Notes: generated from the sequence alone by a model not told the origin. DNA of 64,000 nt from Mayamaea pseudoterrestris (GCA_027923505.1 BROI01000001.1:2790001-2854000), one strand, 5' to 3'. Numbered from the stretch's first letter, positions 9,095-21,026 are shown. Program-made: numbers and translations.

Positions 9095-11317
9095 ATGTCT
9101 TTGTCGGTGACCATGACTGTACGAAGAAGACTGGTTTGTAGATCAAGCTTGTTCAATACTGCAGCCTTGCTAATTTCTCTGCAGTCGACAGTGTCCTCTT
9201 TCTCGTCGGCATCACCGCGACCGTTCGTCCTTCGCTCGTCAAAGATTGGATCTTGTTCGCATCTCGCGCTGCACAAAACTCGCGGAGGCGACGATAGAAC
9301 TACGTCTGAATATACTTTCCCATCGCTGGCAACAAGAAAGTCTTCCACTAGCGCTCGTCAAAGTACTGCAAGCGTTGAAGCAGACGCAGAATTAGTAGCA
9401 CCAACAACTTCTCCTATGAGCACTTCGGAAAAACTTGAAGCCCTCCGAGCCCGCATGGCGGACCTCAGTCTGGATGTTTGGATTGCTGGCAACGACGATC
9501 CCCATTTAAGCGAGTACGTGCCGGAAGCCTACATGCGCCGATCATTTCTTAGTGGGTTTAATGGAAGCGCCGGAACAGCGGTCATTACGCAGAATGAGGC
9601 ACTTCTTTGGACGGACAGTCGCTACTGGAATGAGGCGAAAATGGTTTTGGATGATGCACATTGGACGCTCATGAAGCAAGGCATGCCCGAAACACCAACC
9701 ATTTGCAAGTGGCTGTCGACGGAAGCGACCAAGCAGTATCGAGAAGGTAACACTGGCAGTGGCAAGCTATACAAGATTGGTGTTGACCCGCTCTGCCAGG
9801 CTGCTAGCTTCGAAAAGGAACTTGACGAAGCTTTGGCGGAAGCTGCGCGGGATGAATTAGGCGATGAAGAGTTGAAGATTGCTAGTCTCGAAACGTCCTG
9901 TGGAAACATAATTGATGCCATTTGGGGAGACACTCGACCGGCCATCCCTACGAGTCCGTTTCGCGTGCACCCCTTGGAATTCGCTGGAGTTTCCGTGGCG
10001 GACAAGGTATCGGCTATTCGCAAGGAAATGACGGAACGTAAAGCTACCATGGCCGTCTTTCCATCGTTGGATGATGTCATGTATTTGCTCAACCTACGAT
10101 GCCGGGGCGATGTTGAATGTAACCCAGTTGGCATTAGCTATGCGACACTCACAATGGATGCTGTCACGCTTTACTGCGATGAGATCAAAGTGGAATCTAC
10201 TGGTGTTCGTGAGCACTTGGCCGATGTTTGTATAAAACGCTACGATGAGATTCTACAAGACGTGTTAGCGCATGTTGAAGCTTCAAAATCGAACAAGGTT
10301 TGGATGGAGAAGGCTCGGAGCAATTTGGCATTAACTAGCATTGTTCCAGCCAAGCAGCTTCTGGATCGACAAAACGCTGTCGTGCCCATGAAGGCTTGCA
10401 AAAATCAGGCGGAACTGGACGGTATGCGTCAGGCGCACATTGTTGATGGTGCTGCTATGGCCAAGTTCATGTCGTGGTTGGAAGACACAGTCCAGACGCG
10501 AACCGTGTCGGAAGTGGAGGTGGACGTGGTCTTGACGGGGGAACGAGCCAAGCAGCCAGGTTTTGTCGAAGTAAGCTTTCCAACTATAGCTGGTGTTGGT
10601 CAAAATGGCGCCATTATTCACTATCGGGCGGCTGAAAACGAGATAATGCGTTACTTGGACAAGGACAACCCCATTTTAATTGACTCGGGCGGTCAATACT
10701 TGTATGGAACCACTGACGTGACTCGTACTTGGCATTTTGGCAAGCCGGAGCCCGAGTTTGCGGATGCGTACACAAGAGTTTTAAAGGGTCACATTGGCAT
10801 GGACGAAATGGTGTTCCCCGAGAACACGCCTGGGTTTGTTTTGGATGTGTATGCCCGACGATGGCTTTGGGATTGTGGTCTTGACTACGGCCATGGGACG
10901 GGGCACGGTGTCGGAGCTGCGTTAAACGTTCATGAAGGTCCAATGTCTATTAGTCCTCGATGGGCCAATAAGGAAGGTTTAAAAAGTGGCATGGTGGTGA
11001 GCAACGAACCTGGATACTATAAGGATGGCGCGTTTGGTGTTCGCATCGAGAACTTATTGGCAATTGAATACGTCGACGAACTCAAAGGCGAGGCGACCAA
11101 GAACGACAAGAAGTTCCTCAAGTTTGAGAAGCTGACCATGATACCAATTCAGAAAAATCTCATCAACCTTGACATCATGACGACGCGAGAGCTGGACTGG
11201 CTTGACGAGTATCACCGTGCTGTCTTTGAAAACGTCTCGCCCTTGTTGGAACAAGGCAGCAGGGCTATGGAATGGCTTACAAAGTCATGCGAGCAAATCG
11301 ATCGCTCTAGGGATTAG
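9095..11317 (+). CDS. Xaa-Pro aminopeptidase (aminopeptidase P, M24B), possibly plastid-targeted
   Basis: DPHLSEY, SGFNGSAG, WTDSRY, DSGGQY..GTTDVTRT, HGTGHGVG..LNVHEGP, SNEPGYY, GVRIEN. The hydrophobic leader ends in VSS-F. Confidence 0.95.
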   Translation: MSLSVTMTVRRRLVCRSSLFNTAALLISLQSTVSSFSSASPRPFVLRSSKIGSCSHLALHKTRGGDDRTTSEYTFPSLATRKSSTSARQSTASVEADAELVAPTTSPMSTSEKLEALRARMADLSLDVWIAGNDDPHLSEYVPEAYMRRSFLSGFNGSAGTAVITQNEALLWTDSRYWNEAKMVLDDAHWTLMKQGMPETPTICKWLSTEATKQYREGNTGSGKLYKIGVDPLCQAASFEKELDEALAEAARDELGDEELKIASLETSCGNIIDAIWGDTRPAIPTSPFRVHPLEFAGVSVADKVSAIRKEMTERKATMAVFPSLDDVMYLLNLRCRGDVECNPVGISYATLTMDAVTLYCDEIKVESTGVREHLADVCIKRYDEILQDVLAHVEASKSNKVWMEKARSNLALTSIVPAKQLLDRQNAVVPMKACKNQAELDGMRQAHIVDGAAMAKFMSWLEDTVQTRTVSEVEVDVVLTGERAKQPGFVEVSFPTIAGVGQNGAIIHYRAAENEIMRYLDKDNPILIDSGGQYLYGTTDVTRTWHFGKPEPEFADAYTRVLKGHIGMDEMVFPENTPGFVLDVYARRWLWDCGLDYGHGTGHGVGAALNVHEGPMSISPRWANKEGLKSGMVVSNEPGYYKDGAFGVRIENLLAIEYVDELKGEATKNDKKFLKFEKLTMIPIQKNLINLDIMTTRELDWLDEYHRAVFENVSPLLEQGSRAMEWLTKSCEQIDRSRD

Positions 11318-11366
11318 CAAGTAATATGGTCTTAGCTTTTTACCTACGCAAAGTGTACGTCATTAT

Positions 11367-14168
11367 TTAACTTCGTTCAGACCAAATAATAGCAGTTTTT
11401 GCTGGCCGTATAACTTCATCCGCCACAATGCCCTCTAGCACGATCTCGTGGTCCTCGTCGGTGAACATGAAACAGCCGTCGCAACGAGAAAGCCCTACGA
11501 AGGAGTGGTCGTGCCCCCACCGAGCAATCGAGCGAGTTTCCTTCGTCGACATGCCAAATACACCACCGAGGATGTAGAATTGGTAATGCAGTGCTGCAAA
11601 TTGGGCTAGCCGAAGACCGTTGTAACATCGGCGACCACCAAGTTCTTCGGCGTGTCGAACCACTTCATCCGTTCGCAAGCCAATTCGTGGACTCAGATTA
11701 TCTGTCAATAGGATAGGCGATTCATCAAGAGCAAACATAGCCATGTGTCCATCATCTGTAAGGAACTCCATAATCGAAAGCTCCAGCTCTAACAAGTCTA
11801 ATATAAACTTTTGGGAGCTGGTCGCGTTTGCAGAATTGCTTTGCCTTAAGTGAAGAAGTTCGTCAGTTCGCGACCACCATAGTTTGTCAAAATCCAATTG
11901 ATAATGCATAGAATCCTCATCGCAAACTTCATCGAAGAAAGACACAGACTGCAAGCGCCCATCGAGCCATGCGCCTCGGAGTTCACTCAAGCTGAGACTT
12001 CGGGTGTCACCATTCAAAGCAAACTGCGGAATGATATATAGCCGACCACCCTCGACTCCTTGCGCAACTACCACTCGCTGAGCAACGTATACGGCATCAG
12101 CTGACAGAAGGATTCCCCGCTCGAGCTCAATGCCGCTTATGTACCACCTCGTAGGAACACCATCTATCGCCATGTTTAGCAGCGCCTTGCGACTCACAAG
12201 TACATCTTCTTCTTGAGAAATAACAGCAATCAAAGCATTATTCGTTCCATACTCGAGGTCGGATTGGGGCCCGAACCGGTTGTCGAGGAGGGAGCTGACT
12301 TGGTCATTCGATCCGGAGACATGAAAAACAAGAACAGCTGGTTGACCTTGCCAGCGATCGAGATTATTGGCAGCTAAATCGACGATATCGACTAGACTTT
12401 GGCGATGCGTCGCTTGGGCTTTGGTTATCTGCAGTGTCAAAACCAACGTAACGTCCGCATTGATTGTTACACCAGCCCATTGAGGGGCTTGCGAGATGAC
12501 TCTGACTCGTTCGATATCGCGCCAAGAGGTAGCAAAGTAACAATCGGATGTCGGAGGTTGAGGCGGAACCTTGCGACGACCCGAGACGAGGCAATACGTT
12601 TGACTCGGCAGCGTGTTACGATCTCCGTCAATTGTGTTCCAATGATTCATGTGAATCTGCAGCGGCGATGCAAGTCCGTTCGAAAACACGCTCCATCGAT
12701 TCGTCGTACTGGGCGCCAAAGCAATAGCTCCCTCTTTTGTTAGCACAAAGTGACTGATCGGCGACGATGCATGAAGCGAAGCAATTTGAGTGGATCTGTA
12801 AAAGCGTTTCCACTCTTGAAAGTGAAAGAAGGGTGCTGTATTAACGTCCGTCTCAAGTGCAATGTCGATGTGACGTTGCTTATAGAGTTGACCGTCAATC
12901 CAATATACGGTATCGTTCTTTCCGGCGTCTTTTTCATCAAGACAAAGGGTCGACTGATATTTTTGTTGCACCCAATACATGCACTTTGACTCATCATTGG
13001 AAGGAACCACGAGTAGTTCCATGTCACCTGATGCCTGTTGCAAATGCTTGGTACGATCGCGATATACCTTGTCTTCGTTAAACCATTCGCTCGACAGATG
13101 ATCTAAAACATTCCCAGTTGCTTGACTGGATGCTTTATAAATCACATGCCGACTCTTGCGAAGGTCCCGCGCCAAGTATACGCCATGCGAGTAAGCCGTA
13201 TCCTTGCCGTGTACATCTGTCCAAGCCTTGCTTGCGTACTTGACGCGAATATTGTTTTGCTGCAGAATGGCGGCCGAGTAGCATCCTTCCGCCGACTCAA
13301 AGTGATACTTGGTCTTACGATTGACAACATTTGCCAGTCGCGCATCGAGATGCGACAAGTAGTCGCAGCTTCTCCAAAGCTGAGTAATTTTTGGCGTGTT
13401 TTTGTGAAAGGTGAGCTGCCCTCGTAGGTATAGTCGGTGCTGGTCTCCAAAGGAATACGTGACAATGTCAAAATCCTTGAGTTCGTCCGGTGTGATCCAT
13501 CGTCCCAAGTCTCCATATAGCATGTCCAAATCTGAATATCCCCAATGGGAGTATCCGGCAATGAAGTCGGCGAAAATATGGCCAAGGGCTGGTTTAAATT
13601 CCACCAAGCAATACGGATACACGTATAGGTGCTTGGCTACCAGCTGTATCAATTTGTCTCTCGACTCAAACTCCAGGCTGGCGTCATCCTTTTGATCAAG
13701 CACTCGCAGCAAATGTCGTGCAAAGTTCTCTGAGGACCCCAGATCCACAAACTTCACATTGTTTGGACAGTCCCAAAGGGATGCAGCATCCAAAACGCCA
13801 TTGTGGAAGATGAAGAAATCAGCCACTTCTGCTGCGCCAATAGCGCCCGCACAAAACATGGCAAGATATGCGGGTGCAGTATAGCGATTGTAATTGGTGC
13901 TTTGGCCGACAAAGGGCAATATAATGGCGATGCGATCCTCATTGTATCGAGCCGCACGGAGGGCTGGCATGTGATGGCCATGCATGAAAGACAAAGATTT
14001 TTCGGTAGATTGTTTGATACTGTACTCTCTCTCACTTGGTAGAATCCAACATGCCAAAACGATGACAGCAAGTAGTGTGCATGATATGCAAAGGACGAGT
14101 CGAAGGCGCACTCGCACTCGAGCCGACGCCTTCGAGGCAGAAGATCGAGGCCGAGATATCAAAGCCAT
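11367..14168 (-). CDS. Type II membrane glycosyltransferase-like protein: DUF6625-like domain plus degenerate GT49-like C-terminal domain
   Basis: N-terminal TM helix; LVEFKPALGHIF.D.I.GYSHWGYSDLDMLYGDL (DxD). The C-terminal blocks align by eye with the GT49 at 57639-58907. Confidence 0.6.
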   Translation of the reverse strand: MALISRPRSSASKASARVRVRLRLVLCISCTLLAVIVLACWILPSEREYSIKQSTEKSLSFMHGHHMPALRAARYNEDRIAIILPFVGQSTNYNRYTAPAYLAMFCAGAIGAAEVADFFIFHNGVLDAASLWDCPNNVKFVDLGSSENFARHLLRVLDQKDDASLEFESRDKLIQLVAKHLYVYPYCLVEFKPALGHIFADFIAGYSHWGYSDLDMLYGDLGRWITPDELKDFDIVTYSFGDQHRLYLRGQLTFHKNTPKITQLWRSCDYLSHLDARLANVVNRKTKYHFESAEGCYSAAILQQNNIRVKYASKAWTDVHGKDTAYSHGVYLARDLRKSRHVIYKASSQATGNVLDHLSSEWFNEDKVYRDRTKHLQQASGDMELLVVPSNDESKCMYWVQQKYQSTLCLDEKDAGKNDTVYWIDGQLYKQRHIDIALETDVNTAPFFHFQEWKRFYRSTQIASLHASSPISHFVLTKEGAIALAPSTTNRWSVFSNGLASPLQIHMNHWNTIDGDRNTLPSQTYCLVSGRRKVPPQPPTSDCYFATSWRDIERVRVISQAPQWAGVTINADVTLVLTLQITKAQATHRQSLVDIVDLAANNLDRWQGQPAVLVFHVSGSNDQVSSLLDNRFGPQSDLEYGTNNALIAVISQEEDVLVSRKALLNMAIDGVPTRWYISGIELERGILLSADAVYVAQRVVVAQGVEGGRLYIIPQFALNGDTRSLSLSELRGAWLDGRLQSVSFFDEVCDEDSMHYQLDFDKLWWSRTDELLHLRQSNSANATSSQKFILDLLELELSIMEFLTDDGHMAMFALDESPILLTDNLSPRIGLRTDEVVRHAEELGGRRCYNGLRLAQFAALHYQFYILGGVFGMSTKETRSIARWGHDHSFVGLSRCDGCFMFTDEDHEIVLEGIVADEVIRPAKTAIIWSERS

Positions 14169-14518
14169 TATTGTGCATCAGTCGATCCCATTCTACTTCA
14201 GTATTTATAGGGCAGTGGTAGAATTCAGGGCCCAGCATGCAATGTATGCTGCATCTAAAATGAATGAAGCCGAACCTAATGAGATTTGCCATGGTGGCTC
14301 ACATCGTCGCGAGAAGCGACGAGAAGCGGCAATGAAATGTGTTCACCCTGTGACACAAGCCAACCAATCAGTAACTCCTGGCGGGTTACTGTGGCAATTT
14401 GTGTTCTCGCATGCCTTTTCGCGCCAGGCCACTCGTCATGGCCATGATGAGAGCGAGACACTCACTCCTTGGACTCGAGGCTTTCCAACACGCGCCTGCG
14501 GTCCTGTCAAAGTATATC

Positions 14519-17500
14519 ATGGACGTCGAGCAGTTGCACGTCGTTCTGCAGCAGTCATTTGCTGCGGACCCGAACCTGAGAAATCCCGCAGAGGAAACGA
14601 TCAAAAACCTGAAGCATTTGCCAGGCGCGGTGCAACTCCTGCTGCAAGTCATTGCCGAGAAGCAGGTAGGTTGATGATTGCTCGAGTGGCTGCGGATTCT
14701 TCATCTTCGAGATGGCGTGAGAAAGGATGGGAGATACATATATGCAAGCGGACAAGCGCATATTTGTTGTGTGCGACAAGTATTTCCAAGTAGTCTCGTT
14801 ATACGTGCCTCATTCCCTCCCATCTCCTCTTCAGGTCCGCTTTGAAGTTCGGCAAGCTGCTGCAATTCAGCTGAAGAACATTTGTCGTGAAGGCTGGGCT
14901 GAACGAGTGAGCTACGCTCCATATGCGGACGAGGTTACCAAGCCTTCGCTGCTATCCATTGATGATAAGACTGCTGTGAAGGAAGGCCTGATTACTTGTC
15001 TTCTTGACGAACCAGAGAAAAGCATTCGAGACTTGCTAGCAGAAACTCTACATACCGTTGTTGTTAATGACTTCCCTGAAAAGTGGCCCGATCTCATTCC
15101 AAAGTTGCTATCGACAATACATATGGGCGTCACGGACATGCCCAAGAATGGCCTACGCGTCCACAATGCCTTGCTCGCAATCCGCAAAGTCTGCAAACGT
15201 TACGAATACAAAGCTCGCGAGCAGCGTGGTCCACTTAATGAAATTGTCAATGCAGCTTTTCCACTGTTGTTGCCGTTGGCGCAGGAATTGTCCAATGAGA
15301 ATCAAAATTCGCTTGAAGCGGCCATGATGCTCAAGCAAATTTTAAAGATTTTCTGGAGTAGTACCCAATTCTTTCTGCCTGGTAGTGATGGATCCTCGCA
15401 AAACACGAGTGGCGCAGAAAACTCTATTGGCTTGGCTCGGCCGGAACGCTTGCAACCGTGGTTTGAAATCTTGACGCGAGTCTTGAAGAAGCCTTTGCCA
15501 GAAGCTAGCACTGGATTGGAACCTCGCGGTCAACCGGTCGACAATGACGCACGCAACGCTTGGCCGTGGTGGAAGTTAAAGAAGTGGACTGTTCAAATTA
15601 TGAGTCGACTCATTTCGCGATACGGAATTCCCTCATACGCTGACGATACCGAAGCCAAGGAGTTTGCCTTGTACTTCAGCCAAACAGTGGCACCGCAATT
15701 TCTGGGACCGGTGTGCGAAACGCTCAGCTTACGTCCGACCAACCAGTTTTGTACCGATCGAGTGGTCCATTTGTGCCTCACGTTTGTCGACTTGGCAGTT
15801 GAACTGTCGAGTACGTATAAACTTCTGAAGCCGCATTTGGACTTCATGCTCTACCAAGTGTGCTTTCCAACCATGTGCTTGCATCAGAACGATATCGAAT
15901 GTTTCGAGAACGACCCAATTGAATTTGTGCAGAAACAAAATAGTCCCTTGGCGGATTTTTATGATCCTCGCATGTCAGCCATTACGTTACTGACGGATTT
16001 AGTCAAACATCGAGGTCAGGACGTGACGCAGAATTTGCTCACTCGCATGACAGACATTATACAGCGGTACATGCAAGCACCGGCCGATCAGAAAAGTCAT
16101 GTAGAGAAGGATGGCGCGCTTCTTGTGTTTGGATCATTGGCCAAATTTCTTATGCAAAACGACAAATATGCTTCGCAGATTGAAGGGCTGTTGACCTCCT
16201 CAGTCTTTCCCGACTTTAACTCGCCTGTTTCGTTTCTTCGGTATCGCGCCTGTTGGATGGTCCAGCAATTTAGCGACGTCAAGTGGTCGGACGAAGCGCA
16301 TCTCCGCAATCTGTTGGAAATGGTTTTAAATCGTCTCAATGATCCTGCACTGCCAGTGCAAATTGAAGCGTCAAAAGCGCTGCGCTTTCTCATTGACGCG
16401 GAGGGAGCCGAGAAGACTTTGTTGCCAGTATTGCCGCAGATGCTGAACGAATACTTTCGCATTATGAATGAGATTGGCAACGACGAAGTCGTCTCGGCTT
16501 TGCAAGCACTACTTGACAAATTTGGAGAGCACATTGAACCGCATGCCAACGCTTTGGTGACGCAGCTGACCAACACCTTTCATCAATACTCTAGTGCTGG
16601 GGAGGACGAGGATGACGACGACGCGGCGTTAGCGGCGGCCCAGTGCTTGGAATGCGTTTCGACAGTTCTTAAAGGCATTTGTGGGAACGCGACCATTCTT
16701 CACTCGCTTGAGCCGATTCTCGTCCCGCTTGTACTGAAAATTCTAGGGAATGACGGGGATTTTATTGAGTACCTAGAGAGTGCGCTGGATATTCTCACGT
16801 TCTTGACATACTTTCAACAAACCATTTCTCTCGAGCTATGGCAAGCATTTCCACTCATCTACGTGGCCTTTGACCAGTGGGCATACGACTATCTGAATAT
16901 GATGGTCCCTTGCGTCCAGAGTTTTATTACGAAAGGATCCGACGTGTTCCTCTCAGGCACAGCGACGCTTCCCGACGGGAATCAAGTGACTTATGTTAAT
17001 TTGGTGTTTAGCATGGCGTCCAAAACCTTGACAAACGAACGTGCATCTGAAAGCGAATGTCGGCATGCGTTGAGCCTCTTTATGTGTATTCTCAATCATT
17101 GTCCTGGTAAGGTTGACGCTTACATTCCTTACATGAACGAAATTGTGCTTGGAAAATTAGGACAGCAGGTGAATGCTGAAGTCCCGACTACTCGGATATC
17201 GATTTATCAAGTGCTGGGCTCCGCACTCTACTACAATCCGACTTTAGAACTTGTCGAACTAGAAAAACGCGGAGTCACTCAGCAAGTTCTCACAAAATGG
17301 ATGCAAGATGCTGACGCTATGAATAAATGGCTGCCTCAGAAGCTTACTGTACTTGGTTTGGCTGGAATTTTAATTCTTCCGACGTCGGCGCTCCCTCCGT
17401 CTATGACTGGTTCACTTCCACCAATCATACACACGGTAGTGAAGCTGGCTTTGAAGTTGAAGGATGACGCTGAAAAGGGTGAAACTGACGCGAACGAAGA

Positions 17501-17879
17501 TTTTGATGAATCAGCGGCGGCACACAAGGGTGACGAGGCTGTTGATCTTGATCAAGGTTTCGCGGAAGATGAGGATGTCAAGAACGAAGTTGACGAAGCT
17601 TATCGACAAGCGATTGCTGGGGTTACAAACTGGGATGACGATATGACCAAGTTCTTAATGGGCGACTGGGACGAGGACGGTGATGACGTCGACGATGATT
17701 ATGTCTCGCCCATTGACCAAATTGAGGAGCTCATTTTGCTGAGTGACACGTTAACACTTGCTTTCCAGCGCGAACCGGAAGTATATCAAGCAATAAACTC
17801 CGCGCTACCTGCGGAGACGTTGGCTAACTGTCAACGATTGTTTCAAACCGCAACGACTATGCGAGCACATATGGCATAA
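14519..17879 (+). CDS. Importin-7/8 (importin-beta family), 2 exons (14519-14665, 14835-17879)
   Basis: Exon 1 MDVEQL..RNPAEE plus VRQAAAIQLKN (IBN_N), WWKLKKW, FENDPIEF, FLRYRACW and an acidic C-terminal tract. GTAGGT..TTCAG intron of 169 nt. Confidence 0.92.
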
Positions 17880-18802
17880 CAAGCGCCAACGCCGTAGACG
17901 CTTATTGTAACTAATAGTATGGCCTTTGCTTACGCTTTATGATTTTGATTTAAAAGGAGCGTACCTAGTAGTCGTATGATGGATGAGACTTGCTGTAGAT
18001 GAGGGCAACGAGGGAAGCAAAAGCGCCACAACTGTCATGTCATCTTTTGGAAGCTTTCGGTTTCATACTTTGATCACCCTTCAAAGTATTTACCACTGGT
18101 TGTTTCTCAACTATTATGTATGTCGGGATATTATGCATCAGTGATCTGATTGTGCTTCTCTGTCAAACGAAATGGTGCTGTCTATTGGCATAAATTGTAT
18201 CGCGTTTTTCGAATCAACAACAAACGCAAATCTTGATCGCTGTCAATTGCACACCATCCCGGTAGGGAGATACATTGGGTGCTATATTGACTCGAGTAAT
18301 TTCCAGTACAAGTCGGCGCGGTGCCTTTTGTGCAGGAAAATGACAGTCTGACACCGCAGATCCATTGCTCGAGCACCAAATGAAAGATGCCCCAGCCGCC
18401 AATGCCTTTCATATCTTATCACTCCAACACGACTGATTGCATCTCCTTCACCACATGAGGATAGTCCAACACGGAAAGGAACGCGACCACGTCGCGACTA
18501 GGTTGGTGTTGGCCGCTGGCAATGACGACGACATGACGCAGAAAGCTTCCAACACGGCATGTCGCTGCTCGTGGCATCATTACCTTAATAGCCACCATCT
18601 GGCCATACTAAATGCGAAAGAAGATTCACCATCATGCCAGTATGTCTCATCTCATGGACTTGATGAAACTTCCTATGTTCTTTTTAAACCGCTACGACAT
18701 CGGACACAGTCGCATTCGATATTATTATGATGCGCACAGCCGATGCCCGCACCACGAGCCACGAGCTTCCTCAAGCAATAGTGTTACTTGTACTGTACAA
18801 CC

Positions 18803-20230
18803 ATGACTGCATTCTCCTTTCCATTACACCCGCAAGCGAGTCCTCTGTTCATTTCGCTGGTCGAAGAGCACATGGCACTAGTCGTTCGCGAAGCTGTTGC
18901 CGTGAACCATCACTGCAAGCGTGCGCGCCAGCATCCAGACGATGGGCCGGAAGGACGAACGACAGCTCATGCTTCTAACCCTCATGGCAACGGTGCTCAT
19001 TACAATCGTTCTGCCATTCGCCGTCGTCTGCATGCAGCTGATGTGAACATGGCGCTGCAGCTACTCAAATGCGAGCAGTTATACGCGACGAATATTGTTC
19101 CACCCAATCCGAAGGATAAGGACACGAAGATTCTTCTTCAAGACTTTTTGCAGCGCGAGTCTGCAGCCGATCGCATGCCGCTGCCGCCATCCGAAGTGGG
19201 CATGCGCAAGCACTGGCTGGCGGTGGATGGAGTGCAGCCGCAGATTCCGCAGAATCCCTCGTTGCTCGTGGAGCAAATGAATCAGCATACTGATGGAGAA
19301 AGAATCACCGACACCATTTCTCTCACGGATCCATCCGTCGGTCCCATTCAAGTTCAGCGTTTACAGTCAAGTATGCTTTCCGAGGAGCTTTTGTTGTATT
19401 ATGTACGTCTCACGACAAGCATGGAGCGAGGAGGAAGTACTCCGGCGCGTCGGCAGGATCAGGACGCTGTCCTTGCCAGTCTTGCGAAGGACGGTGGGCT
19501 TCAGGAGCTAGTACCATTCTTTGTAAGATACTTGCAGCAAGAGATATACAAGCACTACATAAACAACGTTGACCATGCTCGCACCTTAATGCGAATGGTG
19601 CATGCCGTCTTGAGCAATCCACATTTACATTTGGAGTTGCATTTGCACGAGTTGCTTCCGGCGCTCATGACGTGCGTCGTCTCGAAACGTCCGAATGTAT
19701 TAACGTTGCCAAGTACCGACATGAACGACTGGGCGCTCCGCCGAGACGCGGCCTTTTGCTTGGTCTACGCGGCCAATATCTTTGGGCAACAATATGTGTC
19801 ATTGAAGGCTCGCATTTTAAAGTCACTCTGTGAAGCAGCAGCTCCGACGAATGAGTCACTTGCCAGTCGATATGGAGGCTTTGTAGCAGCTTCATATTTT
19901 GGTGACAAGACGGTGGATGCCTTCTTGCTGCCGACCTTGTGGCAAAGCTGGCGCGAGTGGGAGGTGGCCTTGAGTAGCTCGCAGATTGATGCGGCGGTCA
20001 ATGCGGATCTCAAGTTTGCTGTTCAAATGTGCCAGAGAGCCGCGATTGATGCGCTTGCAATTGTGTTGAGACGGCTGGCAGTGGAAGAGGATGAAGCGAT
20101 GTTGGAAGATGAGGAGGATGCGGATGGAACTGTGAATCGCTTACATTACTTTGAGATGCAAGACACATTGGGTGATCGCTACGTGGCTTTACAAGGCCAT
20201 TCGACAGAATATACGTCATGTTTTATTTAA
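18803..20230 (+). CDS. TAF6: TFIID subunit TAF6-like
   Basis: RRRLHAADVNMAL histone-fold end, HWLAVDGVQPQIPQNP, LSEELLLYY, DGGLQELVPFF, NPHLHLE..LHELLPALMTCVV, WALR. Start codon uncertain. Confidence 0.85.
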   Translation: MTAFSFPLHPQASPLFISLVEEHMALVVREAVAVNHHCKRARQHPDDGPEGRTTAHASNPHGNGAHYNRSAIRRRLHAADVNMALQLLKCEQLYATNIVPPNPKDKDTKILLQDFLQRESAADRMPLPPSEVGMRKHWLAVDGVQPQIPQNPSLLVEQMNQHTDGERITDTISLTDPSVGPIQVQRLQSSMLSEELLLYYVRLTTSMERGGSTPARRQDQDAVLASLAKDGGLQELVPFFVRYLQQEIYKHYINNVDHARTLMRMVHAVLSNPHLHLELHLHELLPALMTCVVSKRPNVLTLPSTDMNDWALRRDAAFCLVYAANIFGQQYVSLKARILKSLCEAAAPTNESLASRYGGFVAASYFGDKTVDAFLLPTLWQSWREWEVALSSSQIDAAVNADLKFAVQMCQRAAIDALAIVLRRLAVEEDEAMLEDEEDADGTVNRLHYFEMQDTLGDRYVALQGHSTEYTSCFI

Positions 20231-20256
20231 AAGAGCATTAACATGAATTTTAATGT

Positions 20257-20901
20257 TTAGCGCTCCGCCTCAAACTTGAGCAGTCGCTCCATCAGTTCCT
20301 TGGCATTGCCTTGGATCTCTAAATTTCGAGCTTTCAGAGCATCCTTCATCTGTGCAGGCTTCATTTTCTTAATCGTAATCTTGTCCAGCTTGGGTAGCGC
20401 CTCCTTGCCCTTCTTTTTCTTCTTTTTGCCGTCATCCGACTCATCGTCTCCAATCGTCAGACCCGCCAGTCGCTTCTGCTCCTCTTCCTCCTCCTTGTCT
20501 GCTTCTTCCTCCATGGCTCGTTGGGCTGCAGCCTCCTCACGTCGTCGACGAATTTCCTCCAATCGTTTCATGTTCTTCTTGTGCTCATACTCGGATGTGA
20601 CAGGCGCCGAAGGAGCGCCATCTTCTCCCTTCGACTTCTTTTCTACTTCCTTCTTCACTTCTACTAATACTTCCTCTTCTTTCTTGTCTTCCTTCTTCCT
20701 GTCATCGTCTTCGCCATCAACAGCATCATCATCATCATTGTCATCATCTGAATCGTCCTCACCAGAACGTCGCTGCGCCCGTCGTTCCTCCTGCTCAGCC
20801 AATTGACGGTTGCGAATTTCAATCTCCTCGGCACTTATGGCATCAAAGCCCTTGCCGGCGCCGCCACCTCGTTTGTTAAATTTGCCGCGATCGCGTCCCA
20901 T
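20257..20901 (-). CDS. Highly charged PDAP1/HASPP28-like protein with C-terminal SAP domain
   Basis: MGRDRGKF..RGG start, KNMKRLEEIRRRREEAAAQR segment, and SAP motif IKKMKPAQMKDALKARNLEIQGNAKELMERL. Confidence 0.65.
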   Translation of the reverse strand: MGRDRGKFNKRGGGAGKGFDAISAEEIEIRNRQLAEQEERRAQRRSGEDDSDDDNDDDDAVDGEDDDRKKEDKKEEEVLVEVKKEVEKKSKGEDGAPSAPVTSEYEHKKNMKRLEEIRRRREEAAAQRAMEEEADKEEEEEQKRLAGLTIGDDESDDGKKKKKKGKEALPKLDKITIKKMKPAQMKDALKARNLEIQGNAKELMERLLKFEAER

Positions 20902-21026
20902 GGTTGTTTTGCCTTTGCTCGGCACTGGCGTTGTGATGCGACGTAGTCGTCTGGAAGCCTGCCGGATCCACTAATTACTCATGGCCAGGCGCAGCGTTGT
21001 CCATCATTGCCATAGTAAAGTACTCT

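Noticed and set aside
14666..14834. Possible intronic C/D snoRNA in the long importin intron (TGATGA just after the donor)
   Set aside because: No CTGA D box in the intron, and the C-box-like motif is too close to the splice site.
17880..18780. Long intergenic region with short ORFs; possible ncRNA
   Set aside because: No recognisable tRNA, snRNA or snoRNA motifs, and the ORFs are not protein-like.
20276..20806. 176-aa Ser/Phe-rich plus-strand ORF
   Set aside because: Antisense shadow of the Glu/Lys/Asp-rich SAP-domain gene.
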